A stretch of 32,000 nucleotides of DNA from Pseudoalteromonas translucida KMM 520 (GCF_001465295.1 NZ_CP011034.1:210001-242000), one strand, 5' to 3'. Positions 19,287 through 31,651 are shown, counted from the first letter of the stretch. Made by a program: numbers and translations. Notes: generated by a model not told the origin, from the letters alone.

Positions 19287-22200
19287 GTGAAAGACTTACT
19301 TAAGTTTCTGAAGCAACAAAATAAGACCGAAGAATTCGATGCAATTCGCATTGGTCTTGCTTCACCAGACATGGTTCGTTCGTGGTCATACGGTGAAGTA
19401 AAGAAACCTGAGACTATTAACTACCGTACTTTCAAGCCTGAGCGCGATGGCTTATTCTGTGCCCGTATTTTCGGCCCAGTGAAAGATTATGAATGCTTAT
19501 GTGGTAAATATAAGCGTCTTAAACACCGCGGTGTGATCTGTGAGAAGTGTGGCGTTGAAGTTACACTCACTAAAGTGCGACGCGATCGTATGGGTCATAT
19601 TGACCTTGCGAGCCCAGTTGCGCATATTTGGTTTTTAAAATCATTACCGTCACGTATCGGCTTAATGCTAGATATGACGCTTCGTGATATTGAACGTGTT
19701 CTTTACTTCGAATCATTCGTAGTAACTGAGCCTGGTATGACAACGCTTGAGCGTGGTCAGCTATTAGGTGAAGAAGAATACCTAGATGCACTTGAAGAGC
19801 ATGGTGATGAATTTGAAGCTAAGATGGGTGCTGAAGCAGTTTTAGACTTGCTTCGTGAACTCGATCTTGCACAATTAATTGCTGAAATGCGTGAAGAGTT
19901 ACCAACAATTAACTCTGAAACTAAGCGTAAAAAAATCACTAAACGTCTTAAGTTAATGGAATCGTTCCACCAATCAGGTAATAACCCTGAATGGATGATC
20001 ATGACAGTACTTCCAGTATTGCCACCTGATCTACGCCCATTAGTACCACTAGACGGTGGTCGTTTTGCGACGTCTGATCTAAATGACCTTTACCGTCGTG
20101 TTATTAACCGTAATAACCGTCTTAAGCGTCTACTAGATTTAGCAGCACCAGATATTATCGTACGCAACGAAAAACGTATGTTACAAGAAGCGGTAGATGC
20201 GCTACTTGATAACGGTCGTCGTGGTCGTGCAATTACAGGTTCTAACAAACGTCCTCTTAAATCTCTTGCCGATATGATCAAGGGTAAGCAAGGTCGTTTC
20301 CGTCAGAACTTACTTGGTAAGCGTGTAGATTATTCAGGCCGTTCTGTAATTACAGTGGGTCCTACACTTAAGCTTCACCAATGTGGTCTTCCTAAGAAGA
20401 TGGCACTTGAGCTATTCAAACCATTCATCTATGGCAAATTAGAGCGTCGCGGCATGGCTACGACAATCAAAGCTGCGAAGAAGATGGTTGAACGTGAAAT
20501 GCCGGAAGTATGGGATGTGCTTGACGAAGTAATTCGTGAACATCCAGTATTACTTAACCGTGCACCAACACTTCACCGTTTGGGTATCCAAGCGTTTGAA
20601 CCAGTGCTTATCGAAGGTAAAGCGATTCATTTGCATCCATTAGTATGTGCGGCCTACAACGCCGATTTCGATGGTGACCAAATGGCGGTACACGTACCGT
20701 TAACAATCGAAGCGCAGCTTGAAGCTCGTGCCTTAATGATGTCTACAAACAACATTCTATCTCCTGCGAATGGTGAGCCAATCATCGTTCCTTCACAGGA
20801 TGTTGTATTGGGTCTTTATTACATGACTCGTGACCGTATTAACGCGAAAGGCGAAGGCGCGATATTTAAAGATCCAAAAGAAGCAGAAAAAGCATACCGT
20901 AGTGGCAATGCAGACCTTCACGCAATTGTGAAAGTACGTATTAGTCAATCAGTTAAAAACGAAAACGGCGTAGTAGAAGATACTATCACTGTTATCGATA
21001 CAACTGTTGGTCGTGCAATTCTGTCGCTAATTTTACCAAAAGGCATGCCGTATGAGTCAATCAATCAGCCGCTAGGTAAAAAGCAGATTTCTGGCTTAAT
21101 TAATGAGTGTTACCGTCGTCTTGGTCTTAAAGACACCGTTATGTTTGCTGACCAAATTATGTACACCGGTTTCCATTATGCAATGAAGTCAGGTGTTTCA
21201 ATCGGTATTGATGACTTAGTTATCCCACCGGTTAAAGCGCAGATCATTGAATCAGCTGAAGCTGAAGTTACTGAAATCAACCAACAATTCCAATCAGGTC
21301 TTGTAACGGCTGGTGAAAAGTACAATAAAGTTATCGATATCTGGTCACGTGTAAATGAAAACTTATCACGTGAGATGATGTCTAACTTGTCGAAAGACAC
21401 AGTTATCAATGCACAAGGTGAAGAAGTAGAGCAAGCGTCATTTAACTCAGTGTTTATGATGGCCGACTCAGGTGCTCGTGGTAGTGCTGCTCAGATCCGT
21501 CAGTTGGCGGGTATGCGTGGTCTAATGGCACGTCCAGATGGTTCAATCATCGAGACGCCAATCACAGCTAACTTCCGTGAAGGTCTAAACGTACTTCAGT
21601 ACTTCATCTCAACGCATGGTGCGCGTAAAGGTCTTGCCGATACAGCACTTAAAACAGCTAACTCGGGTTACCTAACGCGTCGTCTAGTAGACGTTGCACA
21701 AGATTTGGTAATCAATGAAGACGACTGTGGCACAGAAGATGGCTTAACAATGAAACCGCTTATTGAAGGTGGTGATGTTGTAGAAGCACTTCGTGAACGT
21801 GTACTAGGTCGTGTTGTTGCTGAAGATATTGTTATTCCAGGTACTAATACAGTACTAGTTGAGCGTAACATTATGCTTGACGAAAAACTGTGTGACCTTT
21901 TAGAAGAGCACTCAGTAGATGAAGTTCGCGTACGTTCTGTTATCACGTGTGATAATGACTTTGGTGTTTGTGCTAACTGTTACGGTCGTGACCTAGCACG
22001 TGGCCATATCATCAACGCAGGTGAATCAGTAGGTGTTATCGCGGCACAATCAATTGGTGAGCCAGGTACACAGTTAACGATGCGTACATTCCACATCGGT
22101 GGTGCGGCATCTAGAGCGTCTGCTGAGAATAATGTACAAGTTAAAACTAACGGTACATTAAAGCTTCACAACGCTAAGTACGTATTAAATACAGACGGTA

Positions 22201-23459
22201 AGATTGCTATTATTTCGCGTTCTACGGAAATTACTATCATTGATAGTTATGGCCGTGAAAAAGAGCGTTATAAAGTACCTTACGGTGCAGTATTAACAGT
22301 ACAAGACAATGCAGAAGTTCAAGGTAACGACATCGTTGCTACTTGGGACCCGCATAGTCACCCAATCGTACTTGAGCATAAGTCAAAAGTATCGTTCAGC
22401 GATATCGATGACTCGAATACTGAAACACAGACAGATGAACTAACCGGTTTAACCCGTATAGTTGTAAAAGATCTTTCTAAAGCGAATGCGAAAGAACCTA
22501 AGCTTATCATTGAAAGTGAAGAGCGCGGCTTACAAGAAACACGTCTTCCTTCATTCACTACGATTGAAGTAATTGACGGCACGACAGTAAACCCTGGTGA
22601 CGTATTAGCACGTATTCCGCAAGAAGGTTCGAAAACTCGTGATATCACGGGTGGTCTACCACGCGTAGCCGATTTATTCGAAGCTCGTAAACCGAAAGAA
22701 CCAGCTATTTTAGCTGAAGTTACCGGTACAATTAGCTTTGGTAAAGAGACTAAAGGTAAGAAGCGTTTAGTTATTACGCCAGATGAAGGTGATCATTACG
22801 AAGAGATGATCCCTAAATGGCGTCAACTTAACGTGTTTGAAGGTGAACGAGTGTCTAAAGGTGAAGTTATCGCCGATGGTCCAGAATCACCGCATGACAT
22901 CTTACGCTTACGTGGTGTGACTCATGTTGCTAACTACATTGTTAACGAAGTGCAAGAGGTTTACCGTTTGCAAGGCGTTAAGATCAATGACAAGCACATT
23001 GAAACTATTATCCGTCAAATGTTACGTAAATGTACCATTATGCACGGTGGTGATACTGACTTCTTAGCCGGTGAGCAAATTGAAGTGGCACGCGTTAATA
23101 TCGCAAACCGCGACCTTGAAGCTCAAGGTAAGATCCCAGCTAAGTTTGAAATCCAGTTAATGGGTATCACAAAAGCATCACTAGCAACAGAATCTTTCAT
23201 CTCTGCAGCCTCTTTCCAAGAGACAACACGTGTTTTAACCGACGCAGCAGTGAATGGTAAGAGCGATGAGTTACGCGGTCTGAAAGAAAACGTAATAGTG
23301 GGTCGTTTGATCCCAGCCGGTACCGGCTTTTCGTATCATCAAGAACGTATGGCTCGCCGTAAGCAAAGAAATGTAGTAGAAGAGCAGACTGTAAGTGCAG
23401 AAGAGGCAACTCAAGCGCTAACTGATGCTTTAAATGCGGATTTATCTGGAAATCAATAA
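19287..23459 (+). CDS. rpoC: DNA-directed RNA polymerase beta' subunit
   Basis: 1390-aa ORF with a GTG start after AGGAG (E. coli rpoC also uses GTG). It has (M)[33 protein letters not shown] and the catalytic motif [12 protein letters not shown]. Confidence 0.99.
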   Translation: MKDLLKFLKQQNKTEEFDAIRIGLASPDMVRSWSYGEVKKPETINYRTFKPERDGLFCARIFGPVKDYECLCGKYKRLKHRGVICEKCGVEVTLTKVRRDRMGHIDLASPVAHIWFLKSLPSRIGLMLDMTLRDIERVLYFESFVVTEPGMTTLERGQLLGEEEYLDALEEHGDEFEAKMGAEAVLDLLRELDLAQLIAEMREELPTINSETKRKKITKRLKLMESFHQSGNNPEWMIMTVLPVLPPDLRPLVPLDGGRFATSDLNDLYRRVINRNNRLKRLLDLAAPDIIVRNEKRMLQEAVDALLDNGRRGRAITGSNKRPLKSLADMIKGKQGRFRQNLLGKRVDYSGRSVITVGPTLKLHQCGLPKKMALELFKPFIYGKLERRGMATTIKAAKKMVEREMPEVWDVLDEVIREHPVLLNRAPTLHRLGIQAFEPVLIEGKAIHLHPLVCAAYNADFDGDQMAVHVPLTIEAQLEARALMMSTNNILSPANGEPIIVPSQDVVLGLYYMTRDRINAKGEGAIFKDPKEAEKAYRSGNADLHAIVKVRISQSVKNENGVVEDTITVIDTTVGRAILSLILPKGMPYESINQPLGKKQISGLINECYRRLGLKDTVMFADQIMYTGFHYAMKSGVSIGIDDLVIPPVKAQIIESAEAEVTEINQQFQSGLVTAGEKYNKVIDIWSRVNENLSREMMSNLSKDTVINAQGEEVEQASFNSVFMMADSGARGSAAQIRQLAGMRGLMARPDGSIIETPITANFREGLNVLQYFISTHGARKGLADTALKTANSGYLTRRLVDVAQDLVINEDDCGTEDGLTMKPLIEGGDVVEALRERVLGRVVAEDIVIPGTNTVLVERNIMLDEKLCDLLEEHSVDEVRVRSVITCDNDFGVCANCYGRDLARGHIINAGESVGVIAAQSIGEPGTQLTMRTFHIGGAASRASAENNVQVKTNGTLKLHNAKYVLNTDGKIAIISRSTEITIIDSYGREKERYKVPYGAVLTVQDNAEVQGNDIVATWDPHSHPIVLEHKSKVSFSDIDDSNTETQTDELTGLTRIVVKDLSKANAKEPKLIIESEERGLQETRLPSFTTIEVIDGTTVNPGDVLARIPQEGSKTRDITGGLPRVADLFEARKPKEPAILAEVTGTISFGKETKGKKRLVITPDEGDHYEEMIPKWRQLNVFEGERVSKGEVIADGPESPHDILRLRGVTHVANYIVNEVQEVYRLQGVKINDKHIETIIRQMLRKCTIMHGGDTDFLAGEQIEVARVNIANRDLEAQGKIPAKFEIQLMGITKASLATESFISAASFQETTRVLTDAAVNGKSDELRGLKENVIVGRLIPAGTGFSYHQERMARRKQRNVVEEQTVSAEEATQALTDALNADLSGNQ

Positions 23460-23487
23460 ACTAAACCAAATCAATAGATTAGGTTTT

Positions 23488-23514
23488 CGCAAGGTAGATA
23501 TCTTCTACCTTGCG
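23488..23514 (+). terminator. Stem-loop downstream of rpoC (possible terminator, no adjacent U-tract)
   Basis: cgcaaggtaga / tctaccttgcg 11-bp perfect stem with loop tatct. It is followed by agcggttta rather than a T-run, so intrinsic termination efficiency is uncertain. Confidence 0.4.
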
Positions 23515-23525
23515 AGCGGTTTAGG

Positions 23526-23554
23526 TTGACAGGTCAATCTTTGCTCATTAAAAT
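23526..23554 (+). promoter_or_regulatory. Candidate str-operon (rpsL) promoter
   Basis: Consensus TTGACA (23526-23531), 17-nt spacer, TAAAAT (23549-23554), about 100 nt upstream of rpsL. Confidence 0.65.
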
Positions 23555-23651
23555 TCCGCCACCCATTTACCTGTGCGTTTAAAACAAACTTGTAAAAACG
23601 GGCGGATTTTTTATTTTTTCAGTAGTAATTCTAATTTCAGGAGCTATTTAA

Positions 23652-24026
23652 ATGGCAACTATTAACCAGCTAGTGCGTAAGCCACGCCGTAGCAAGGTTA
23701 CGAAAAGTAACTCAGCTGCGCTTAAAGCGTGTCCGCAAAAGCGCGGTGTATGTACTCGCGTATATACAACTACACCTAAGAAACCAAACTCGGCGTTACG
23801 TAAAGTAGCTCGTGTACGTTTAACTAACGGTTTCGAAGTAACTTCATACATTGGTGGTGAAGGTCATAACCTTCAAGAGCACAGTGTAATCCTAATCCGT
23901 GGTGGTCGTGTTAAAGATTTACCAGGTGTGCGTTTTCACACCGTTCGTGGTGCACTTGACTGTGCAGGCGTTAGCGATCGTCGCCAAGCTCGTTCTAAAT
24001 ACGGTACTAAACGCCCTAAAGGCTAA
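23652..24026 (+). CDS. rpsL: 30S ribosomal protein S12
   Basis: 124-aa [19 protein letters not shown]...[11 protein letters not shown]. Confidence 0.98.
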
Positions 24027-24124
24027 TAGTTCTCCGTTAGTAAGGCCAAGCACTAAATATTTTTAATTATTGTTTTGGGTTATTGACTCGATAAGAGCAA
24101 ACCTGAATAAACCGGAGATACAAA
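24027..24124 (+). promoter_or_regulatory. rpsL-rpsG intercistronic region (expected S7 translational-feedback site)
   Basis: The 98-nt spacer is similar in length to the E. coli spacer where S7 binding is established. The assignment is by position only. Confidence 0.3.
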
Positions 24125-24595
24125 ATGCCTAGAAGACGCGTAATAGGTCAACGTAAAATTCTTCCAGATCCTAAGTTCGGATCGGAGCTTCTTGCGAAAT
24201 TCGTAAACATCGTAATGTTAGATGGCAAGAAATCTACTGCTGAAAAAATCGTTTATGGTGCGCTAAATGTGGCTGCTGAGAAATCAGGCAAGTCGCACCT
24301 AGAAATCTTTGAAACGGCACTTGATAATATCCGCCCACAGGTAGAAGTTAAATCTCGCCGTGTTGGTGGTTCAACTTACCAAGTACCAGTTGAAGTACGT
24401 CCAGTTCGTCGTAACGCATTAGGTATGCGTTGGTTAGTAGACGCTGCTCGTAAGCGTGGCGAAAAATCTATGGGCTTACGTTTAGCTCAAGAAATCGTTG
24501 ACGCTGCTGACAACAAAGGCACTGCGGTTAAGAAACGTGAAGACGTTCACCGTATGGCTGAAGCGAATAAAGCATTCGCTCATTACCGTTGGTAA
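24125..24595 (+). CDS. rpsG: 30S ribosomal protein S7
   Basis: 156-aa [31 protein letters not shown]... Confidence 0.98.
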
Positions 24596-24622
24596 TCTGC
24601 CCTTAACCTTTAAGAGGATTTT

Positions 24623-26737
24623 ATGGCACGTACAACTCCACTTGAGCGCTATCGCAATATCGGTATTTGCGCTCACGTAGATGCAGGCAAAACCACCACA
24701 ACAGAACGTATTCTGTTTTACACCGGTCTTTCTCATAAGATCGGTGAAACGCATGATGGTGCTGCAACTATGGACTGGATGGAGCAGGAACAAGAGCGTG
24801 GTATCACAATCACTTCTGCTGCAACTACGTGTTTCTGGAAAGGGATGGACGCTCAATTTGACGCTCATCGTATCAATATTATTGATACTCCAGGACACGT
24901 TGATTTCACTATCGAAGTAGAGCGTTCTTTACGCGTATTAGATGGTGCGGTAGTTGTTCTTTGTGCTTCATCGGGTGTACAGCCGCAAACTGAGACAGTT
25001 TGGCGTCAAGCGAACAAATACGAAGTTCCAAGAATGATCTTCGTAAACAAAATGGATCGCACAGGCGCTGACTTCTTTGCAGTTGTTAGCCAGGTGAAAT
25101 CTCGTCTTGGAGCAACGCCTGTTCCAATTCAGTTGCCAATAGGCGCTGAAGACGGCTTTAAAGGTGTTATTGACCTTATTAAGATGAAAGCCATTAACTG
25201 GAATGATGAAGACCAGGGGATGACTTTCTCTTATGAGGCAATACCGGCAGAACTTCAGGAATTAGCCGACGAATGGCGCTCTCATTTAGTTGAAAGTGCT
25301 GCAGAAGCTACTGAAGAACTAATGGATAAATACTTAGAGGGTGAAGAGTTAAGTGAAGCCGAAATAAAAGAAGCTTTACGCCAACGTACATTAGCAAACG
25401 ACATTGTTCCTATGACGTGTGGTAGCGCATTTAAAAACAAAGGTGTTCAAGCTGTGCTTGATTGCGTTGTTGAATACATGCCTGCTCCTACGCAAGTGAA
25501 ACAAATTCAAGGTATCCTAGAAGATGGTACCGAAGAAGAGCGTCCTGCTGATGATAAAGCGCCGTTTGCTGCACTTGCATTTAAAATTGCAACGGACCCG
25601 TTTGTTGGCACCTTAACTTTTTTCCGTGTTTACTCTGGTACTGTTAAACAGGGTGACGCGGTATACAACCCAGTTAAAAGTAAGCGTGAGCGTCTTGGTC
25701 GTATCGTACAGATGCATTCAAACTCACGTGAAGAGATCAAAGAAGTCTTCGCAGGCGACATCGCGGCGGCTATTGGTCTCAAAGACGTAACAACAGGTGA
25801 AACACTGTGTGATCCGAAATCCATTATTACGCTTGAGCGTATGGAATTTCCTGAACCAGTAATCTCTGTTGCGGTTGAGCCTCGCACAATCGCTGACCAA
25901 GATAAGATGGGGATCGCGCTGGGTAAACTAGCGGCTGAAGACCCATCTTTTCGTGTACAAACCGACGAAGAATCGGGTCAGATTATAATATCTGGCATGG
26001 GTGAACTTCACCTCGATATCCTCGTCGAACGTATGAAACGTGAATTCAGTGTTGAATGTAACGTTGGTAAGCCGCAGGTTGCATACCGAGAAGCTATCCG
26101 TTCAACTGTTAAAGTTGAAGGTAAGTTTATACGTCAATCAGGTGGTCGTGGCCAATATGGTCACGTCTGGCTTAAACTTGAACCGATGGATATTACGGAT
26201 GACGAAGCACCAATTTACGAGTTCGTTAACGAAACTGTAGGTGGTTCTATTCCCAAAGAATACGTCCCTGCGGTAGACAAAGGCATCCAAGAGCAAATGG
26301 CTCAAGGTGTGCTGGCAGGCTACCCATTACTTGGCGTTAAAGCGACTTTATATGATGGTTCATTCCATGATGTAGACTCGAATGAAATGGCATTTAAAAT
26401 AGCAGGTTCATTGGCAATGAAACAAGGCGCGCTGCAAGCGAGCCCGGTACTTTTAGAGCCAGTAATGAAGGTTGAAGTACTCACTCCTGAAGCAAACATG
26501 GGTGATGTAGTTGGTGACTTAAACCGTCGCCGCGGCATGATCGAAGGCATGGAAGATGCATTAGGTGGACTGAAGCAAATTAATGCACAGGTTCCCCTTT
26601 CTGAAATGTTTGGTTATGCTACTGACTTACGATCTGCAACACAGGGTCGTGCTTCATACTCTATGGAGTTTTTGAAGTACGCCGAAGCATCGAAACATGT
26701 TGCAGAGACAATAATTTCAGCTCGCGCTGTAATATGA
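24623..26737 (+). CDS. fusA: Elongation factor G
   Basis: 704-aa [41 protein letters not shown]. Confidence 0.98.
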   Translation: MARTTPLERYRNIGICAHVDAGKTTTTERILFYTGLSHKIGETHDGAATMDWMEQEQERGITITSAATTCFWKGMDAQFDAHRINIIDTPGHVDFTIEVERSLRVLDGAVVVLCASSGVQPQTETVWRQANKYEVPRMIFVNKMDRTGADFFAVVSQVKSRLGATPVPIQLPIGAEDGFKGVIDLIKMKAINWNDEDQGMTFSYEAIPAELQELADEWRSHLVESAAEATEELMDKYLEGEELSEAEIKEALRQRTLANDIVPMTCGSAFKNKGVQAVLDCVVEYMPAPTQVKQIQGILEDGTEEERPADDKAPFAALAFKIATDPFVGTLTFFRVYSGTVKQGDAVYNPVKSKRERLGRIVQMHSNSREEIKEVFAGDIAAAIGLKDVTTGETLCDPKSIITLERMEFPEPVISVAVEPRTIADQDKMGIALGKLAAEDPSFRVQTDEESGQIIISGMGELHLDILVERMKREFSVECNVGKPQVAYREAIRSTVKVEGKFIRQSGGRGQYGHVWLKLEPMDITDDEAPIYEFVNETVGGSIPKEYVPAVDKGIQEQMAQGVLAGYPLLGVKATLYDGSFHDVDSNEMAFKIAGSLAMKQGALQASPVLLEPVMKVEVLTPEANMGDVVGDLNRRRGMIEGMEDALGGLKQINAQVPLSEMFGYATDLRSATQGRASYSMEFLKYAEASKHVAETIISARAVI

Positions 26738-26799
26738 TTTTTAGCTTGTTTAACTCAATAGTGAGTTAGACTTTAATTTCTTTATAGGAATTTTTTAAG

Positions 26800-27984
26800 A
26801 TGGCAAAAGCAAAGTTTGAACGCGTAAAACCGCATGTAAACGTAGGTACAATCGGCCACGTTGACCACGGTAAAACTACACTAACTGCAGCAATCACTAA
26901 CGTACTTGCAAAAGTATACGGCGGTGTTGCTAAAGATTTCGCATCAATCGATAACGCTCCAGAAGAGCGCGAACGTGGTATCACTATTTCAACGTCTCAC
27001 GTTGAATACGATACACCTACACGTCACTACGCACACGTAGATTGTCCTGGTCACGCCGATTATGTTAAAAACATGATCACTGGTGCTGCTCAAATGGATG
27101 GCGCTATCTTAGTAGTTGCTGCGACTGATGGCCCTATGCCACAAACGCGTGAGCACATCCTACTTTCTCGTCAAGTTGGCGTTCCTTACATCATCGTGTT
27201 CATGAACAAATGTGACATGGTTGATGACGAAGAGCTACTTGAACTAGTAGAAATGGAAGTTCGTGAACTTCTTTCAGAATACGACTTCCCAGGTGATGAC
27301 TTACCACTAATTCAAGGTTCAGCACTTAAAGCGCTTGAAGGCGAGAAAGAGTGGGAAGATAAGATCATTGAGCTTGCAAATGCACTTGATTCTTACATTC
27401 CAGAGCCAGAGCGTGACATCGATAAAGCATTCATCATGCCTATCGAAGACGTTTTCTCAATCCAAGGCCGTGGTACTGTTGTAACTGGTCGTGTTGAAGC
27501 TGGTATTATCCGCATCAACGACGAGATTGAAATTGTTGGTATCCGTGATACAACTAAGTCAATCTGTACTGGTGTTGAAATGTTCCGTAAACTGCTTGAC
27601 GAAGGTCGTGCTGGTGAGAACATTGGTGCACTTTTACGTGGTACTAAGCGTGAAGACGTTGAACGTGGTCAAGTACTAGCTAAGCCTGGTTCAATCAAGC
27701 CACACACTACTTTTGAATCAGAAGTATACGTACTTTCAAAAGATGAAGGTGGTCGTCATACTCCATTCTTCAAAGGTTACCGTCCACAGTTCTACTTCCG
27801 TACAACTGACGTAACTGGTGACGTACAGTTACCAGAAGGCGTAGAAATGGTAATGCCTGGTGATAACGTTAAGATGACAGTAACTCTAATCGCGCCAATC
27901 GCGATGGACGAAGGTCTTCGTTTCGCTATCCGTGAAGGTGGTCGTACTGTAGGCGCTGGCGTTGTTGCAAACATCGTAGCGTAA
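26800..27984 (+). CDS. tuf: Elongation factor Tu
   Basis: 394-aa [46 protein letters not shown]. Confidence 0.99.
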   Translation: MAKAKFERVKPHVNVGTIGHVDHGKTTLTAAITNVLAKVYGGVAKDFASIDNAPEERERGITISTSHVEYDTPTRHYAHVDCPGHADYVKNMITGAAQMDGAILVVAATDGPMPQTREHILLSRQVGVPYIIVFMNKCDMVDDEELLELVEMEVRELLSEYDFPGDDLPLIQGSALKALEGEKEWEDKIIELANALDSYIPEPERDIDKAFIMPIEDVFSIQGRGTVVTGRVEAGIIRINDEIEIVGIRDTTKSICTGVEMFRKLLDEGRAGENIGALLRGTKREDVERGQVLAKPGSIKPHTTFESEVYVLSKDEGGRHTPFFKGYRPQFYFRTTDVTGDVQLPEGVEMVMPGDNVKMTVTLIAPIAMDEGLRFAIREGGRTVGAGVVANIVA

Positions 27985-28008
27985 TAATTAGCCTAGCTAA
28001 TTAGTACT

Positions 28009-28037
28009 AAAAAAACCGAGCTTATGCTCGGTTTTTT
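28009..28037 (+). terminator. Intrinsic terminator of the str/tuf operon
   Basis: aaaaaaaccgagc-ttat-gctcggtttttt, a GC stem with a 6-T run. It is preceded by a second small hairpin taattagc-cta-gctaatta (27985-28003). Confidence 0.85.
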
Positions 28038-28157
28038 AATGCCCGGAATAAAGTAAACTTTTTAGAACTTAGCTATAAAAAGAGCGCTTAGTGATTTTAA
28101 AGAGGTTATTTAGGCCGGCTTGCGATGGGTTAACTATGTGGTATTTTGTCGCTGTGA

Positions 28158-28352
28158 TTGATGCTGCGCACTGTATTGACGTTGTTAGAAGTAGGGGGTG
28201 ATTGTAGTGCTAAATTAAGTCCTGTTATTACCTTTACTACATTAAGCCACGTGGGCTTGATTGGTTGGTTAATACTCTGTTTAACTTTGGTTATTTTATA
28301 TTTATGGCTGGGATCAAAAACGCCAGCGTTAAGCTGGCGTTTGTTATGCTAG
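28158..28352 (+). CDS. Questionable small hydrophobic ORF (64 aa from TTG, 63 aa from ATG at 28161)
   Basis: It has one predicted TM-like stretch (GLIGWLILCLTLVILYLWLG). There is no SD before any candidate start, and the 3' end overlaps the pckA terminator hairpin. Confidence 0.15.
   Translation: MMLRTVLTLLEVGGDCSAKLSPVITFTTLSHVGLIGWLILCLTLVILYLWLGSKTPALSWRLLC
28316..28340 (-). terminator. Intrinsic terminator of pckA
   Basis: On the minus strand: acgccagc-ttaac-gctggcgt followed by TTTTT (complement of 28316-28320), about 22 nt after the pckA stop codon. Confidence 0.75.
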
Positions 28353-28362
28353 GTTAAAGCTA

Positions 28363-29901
28363 TTATGCTTTAGGTCCTGCATTTTTAATTTCGTCTGATA
28401 CGTCATATTTAGTGAAGTTTTCAGTGAAATCGGCTGCAAGTTTAGCTGCATATTCAGCATACTTAGCTTTGTCTTCCCAGGTATTAATTGGGTTAAGTAA
28501 GTTGCTGTCTACACCTGGAACTGCTACCGGTACGTCTAGGTTTAAAACATCAATGTGTTGAGTTTCTACGCCAGCTAGTTTACCCGATACAATAGCATCT
28601 ACTACAGCACGTGTAGTTGGAATATCAAAACGCTTACCAGTACCGTAAGGGCCGCCAGTCCAACCTGTGTTAACTAGGTATACTTTAGCGCCAAACTCAC
28701 GTACACGCTTCATTAGAAGCTCAGCATAAACACCTGCTGGACGTGGGAAGAATGGTGCGCCAAAACAAGTTGAGAATGTTGACTCAATATCGCTTGTAGA
28801 ACCAATTTCAGTAGAGCCTACTTTTGCAGTGTAACCACTTAAGAAGTGAAATGCTGCCGCTTCTTCAGTCAGTATTGATACTGGAGGAAGTACACCACTT
28901 ACGTCACAGGTTAAAAATACCACTGCTTTTGGCTCGCCTGCGCGGTTTTCTACTTTACGTTTTTCAACGTGCTCAAGAGGGTACGCAGCACGGCTATTTT
29001 GTGTAAGGCTAGTATCGTTAAAGTCAGGTACACGATTTTCATCAAGCACTACGTTTTCTAAAATAGTACCAAAGCGGATCGCATCCCAAATAACAGGTTC
29101 ATTTTTTTGTGATAGGTCGATACATTTAGCATAACAGCCGCCTTCAATGTTAAACACACTACCAGGTGCCCAGCCGTGTTCGTCATCGCCAATTAAAAAG
29201 CGAGTTGGATCTGCTGAAAGTGTTGTTTTACCTGTACCAGATAAGCCAAAGAATAAAGCGGTATCGCCTGCTTCACCTACGTTTGCAGAGCAGTGCATTG
29301 GTAACACACCTTTCGCTGGAAGTAGGAAGTTCTGTACAGAGAACATTGATTTTTTCATTTCACCGGCATAACGCATACCAGCAAGTAACACTTTGCGTTG
29401 TGCAAAGTTAATGAGTACCGTACCGTCACTGTTTGTGCCATCGCGTTCAGGCTCACATACAAATGAAGGAACGTTCATTACTTGCCACTGAGGTACGTCA
29501 GATGAGTTGTAAGATTTAGGTTGAATAAACATATTTTTAGCAAAAATATGATGCCATGCAGTTTCTGTAGTAACAACAATAGGTAGATAGTGCTCTGGAT
29601 CAGCGCCCACTTCAAGGTGAGAGATGAAGTGATCATTACTTTGTACATACGCTTCTACACGTGCCCACAAAGCATCAAACTTATCTGCGTCGAATGGGCG
29701 GTTTACGTTGCCCCATTGGATTTCGTTTTCAGTACTAGATTCTTGAACAATAAAGCGATCTTTTGGAGAACGACCGGTGCGATGACCAGTATTTGCTACA
29801 AAAGCACCATTGGCTGCTAAAGTACCCTCGCCACGACGGATCGCGTGTTCGACAAGTTCAGCTGCAGTTAGATCGACAAAACGAGTAGCGCTTGAAGTCA
29901 T
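28363..29901 (-). CDS. pckA: Phosphoenolpyruvate carboxykinase (ATP)
   Basis: 512-aa ORF with kinase-1a motif [20 protein letters not shown] and the NTGWTGG C-terminal motif. Confidence 0.95.
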   Translation of the reverse strand: MTSSATRFVDLTAAELVEHAIRRGEGTLAANGAFVANTGHRTGRSPKDRFIVQESSTENEIQWGNVNRPFDADKFDALWARVEAYVQSNDHFISHLEVGADPEHYLPIVVTTETAWHHIFAKNMFIQPKSYNSSDVPQWQVMNVPSFVCEPERDGTNSDGTVLINFAQRKVLLAGMRYAGEMKKSMFSVQNFLLPAKGVLPMHCSANVGEAGDTALFFGLSGTGKTTLSADPTRFLIGDDEHGWAPGSVFNIEGGCYAKCIDLSQKNEPVIWDAIRFGTILENVVLDENRVPDFNDTSLTQNSRAAYPLEHVEKRKVENRAGEPKAVVFLTCDVSGVLPPVSILTEEAAAFHFLSGYTAKVGSTEIGSTSDIESTFSTCFGAPFFPRPAGVYAELLMKRVREFGAKVYLVNTGWTGGPYGTGKRFDIPTTRAVVDAIVSGKLAGVETQHIDVLNLDVPVAVPGVDSNLLNPINTWEDKAKYAEYAAKLAADFTENFTKYDVSDEIKNAGPKA

Positions 29902-30050
29902 GTTTATACCTAAATTGTGTGAGATTGAACGGGATAGCCTGGGTCTTGTTAACCTTTAAGCTGCGATTATAGTAACAGATGAGCTAAGGATATTCGAGCT
30001 TATGAAGGTGTTAAAAACACATATATTGGGTAAAAAACATGAATAATTTC

Positions 30051-30100
30051 AATGACACCGGTATCATAAAAACGGCTATTTTTATGATACCGGTGTCATT
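30051..30100. repeat. 50-nt perfect foldback (22-bp arms, 6-nt loop) between hslO and pckA
   Basis: aatgacaccggtatcataaaaa-cggcta-tttttatgataccggtgtcatt. The arms are exact reverse complements, and neither strand has an adjacent U-tract. Confidence 0.6.
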
Positions 30101-30110
30101 TTAAAATTAT

Positions 30111-30134
30111 AAAAAAGCCACATAGTATGTGGCT
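30111..30134 (-). terminator. Intrinsic terminator of hslR-hslO
   Basis: On the minus strand: agccacat-act-atgtggct followed by TTTTT (complement of 30111-30115), 28 nt after the hslO stop. Confidence 0.75.
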
Positions 30135-30161
30135 TCTTTATAATTTACTTTTAATGCGCGA

Positions 30162-31007
30162 TTAGTTAAAAATGTTTTTCACATCTTGCTCATCAAAAAG
30201 ATAATCTTTTAGACAGTAATGGCAGCTAATTTTGATTTCGCCATGCTCAGCAACATCATCAAGTAGCGCTTGTTGGCCAATATTAACTAATGCAGTCATG
30301 GTTTTTTCGCGGGTACAACCACACTTAAATTGAATGCTTTGTGGCTCAAACACACGCGGGTTATCTTCGTGGTACAAACGAGTTAGTACGGTGTTAGCAT
30401 CAAGCTCTAATAGTTCTTCATCTTTAATGGTATGGCTAAGAGCTTCTAAATGGGCAAAGTCTTCAATAGATTTTTGTTTATCAACGGGTAAAACTTGTAA
30501 AAATAAACCACTGGCTTTGGCATTCCCCTCGGTTGTATCGGTTGCAAACCAAAGACGCGTTTTTAATTGCTCTGATTGCTCAAAGTAAGCCTCTATACAT
30601 TCACTTAAGGTTTCATGCTCTAAAGGTACTATACCTTGATAGCGCTCCCCTTTGGTTGGCGTAATAGTAATAACCATATAGCCTTGGCCTATCAACTCTT
30701 TTACTGTGCTTCCTGTTACTTCACTTTGTAAGCGAGCTATACCACGCATGTTTTGTTTGTCGTCGCCATTAATTACCGCGTATTTAACCGGCCCATCACC
30801 TTGTAGTTGAACAGCTATTTCGCCTTCAAATTTTAAGGTGGCTGTTAATAAACAGGTCGCAACAAGCAGTTCACCCAATAATGCTTTAACAGCATCAGGG
30901 TAATTATGATTGGCGATCATTTCGTTGTAGGCATTCTCAATTTGTACGAGTTCGCCACGAACATCGAGATTGTCGAATAAATAACGGTGGAGTAAATCTT
31001 GTTGCAT
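30162..31007 (-). CDS. hslO: Redox-regulated chaperone Hsp33
   Basis: The 281-aa ORF is colinear with E. coli HslO as recalled (LHRYLFDN..VRGELV, LKFEGEIAVQLQGDGP). It has the C-terminal zinc centre CGCTREK...CHYCLKDY. Confidence 0.93.
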   Translation of the reverse strand: MQQDLLHRYLFDNLDVRGELVQIENAYNEMIANHNYPDAVKALLGELLVATCLLTATLKFEGEIAVQLQGDGPVKYAVINGDDKQNMRGIARLQSEVTGSTVKELIGQGYMVITITPTKGERYQGIVPLEHETLSECIEAYFEQSEQLKTRLWFATDTTEGNAKASGLFLQVLPVDKQKSIEDFAHLEALSHTIKDEELLELDANTVLTRLYHEDNPRVFEPQSIQFKCGCTREKTMTALVNIGQQALLDDVAEHGEIKISCHYCLKDYLFDEQDVKNIFN

Positions 31008-31019
31008 GAGCGACTATAC

Positions 31020-31442
31020 CTAACTTAATTTCAATTTTAAAAGTTCGCGTCTTTGCTTCTTATCCGGTTTTTTATCCGGATGAGGTGCAAAAAGGCTATT
31101 ATTTTTGCGCGCGATAGAGTTTTCTTCGCGTTTAGCAATACTAGCATCAGATTCTTGATACAAGGTCTGTGCAATGGGGGCGCTTTGGCGTTTTTCAAGT
31201 ATTTTGAGCACAGTTACTATTTTTTCATCTACCCCTTGGGCTAATTTTATAGTTGCGCCTATTTCTACTATTTTGCCTGCTTTGGTACGCTGGCCATTAT
31301 AATGTACTTTTCCGCCTTGTACCATTTCGCGAGCCGCAGCACGTGTTTTATAAAATCGTGCCGCCCATAACCATTTGTCTAATCTAATTTTTAGCTCATC
31401 TTTATGTTCTAAATTAGGGTTAGCATTACTTTTTTTAGCCAT
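31020..31442 (-). CDS. hslR: Ribosome-associated heat-shock protein Hsp15 (S4 domain)
   Basis: 140-aa ORF, RLDKWLWAARFYKTRAAAREMVQGGKVHYNGQR..., with a basic C-terminus PHPDKKPDKKQRRELLKLK. Confidence 0.92.
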   Translation of the reverse strand: MAKKSNANPNLEHKDELKIRLDKWLWAARFYKTRAAAREMVQGGKVHYNGQRTKAGKIVEIGATIKLAQGVDEKIVTVLKILEKRQSAPIAQTLYQESDASIAKREENSIARKNNSLFAPHPDKKPDKKQRRELLKLKLS

Positions 31443-31651
31443 AAAGCACCTTTAATAAGTGTTTGCCTAGATTTTAAAATTTACCATAAAAGCTATTTGC
31501 GATGAAGGATTACTACAACAGCTGTTTTTATGCAGCGGCTAAATTAAAATCAATCTGTTTACAAAGTTTAATATTAGCATGCTTGTTGAATGAAAAATGA
31601 AAAGGTACTATGCATAGCGATTAGGTAAAAACTAAAATAAGAATACTATTT

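Noticed and set aside
24482-24898. 138-aa minus-strand ORF spanning the rpsG/fusA junction
   Set aside because: It is antisense to two certain genes and crosses their intergenic SD region. It has no plausible RBS and its composition is typical of shadow frames.
29918-29933. TGTGA motif upstream of pckA as a possible CRP site
   Set aside because: The second half-site (acggg versus TCACA) does not match. The motif also lies only about 16 nt from the start codon, inside the likely 5' UTR.
30039-30104. 21-codon mini-ORF (MNNFNDTGIIKTAIFMIPVSF*) spanning the 50-nt foldback
   Set aside because: There is no convincing Shine-Dalgarno. The reading frame is a by-product of the palindrome, and there is no evidence for a leader-peptide mechanism. 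It is mentioned only as a caveat to the foldback finding.
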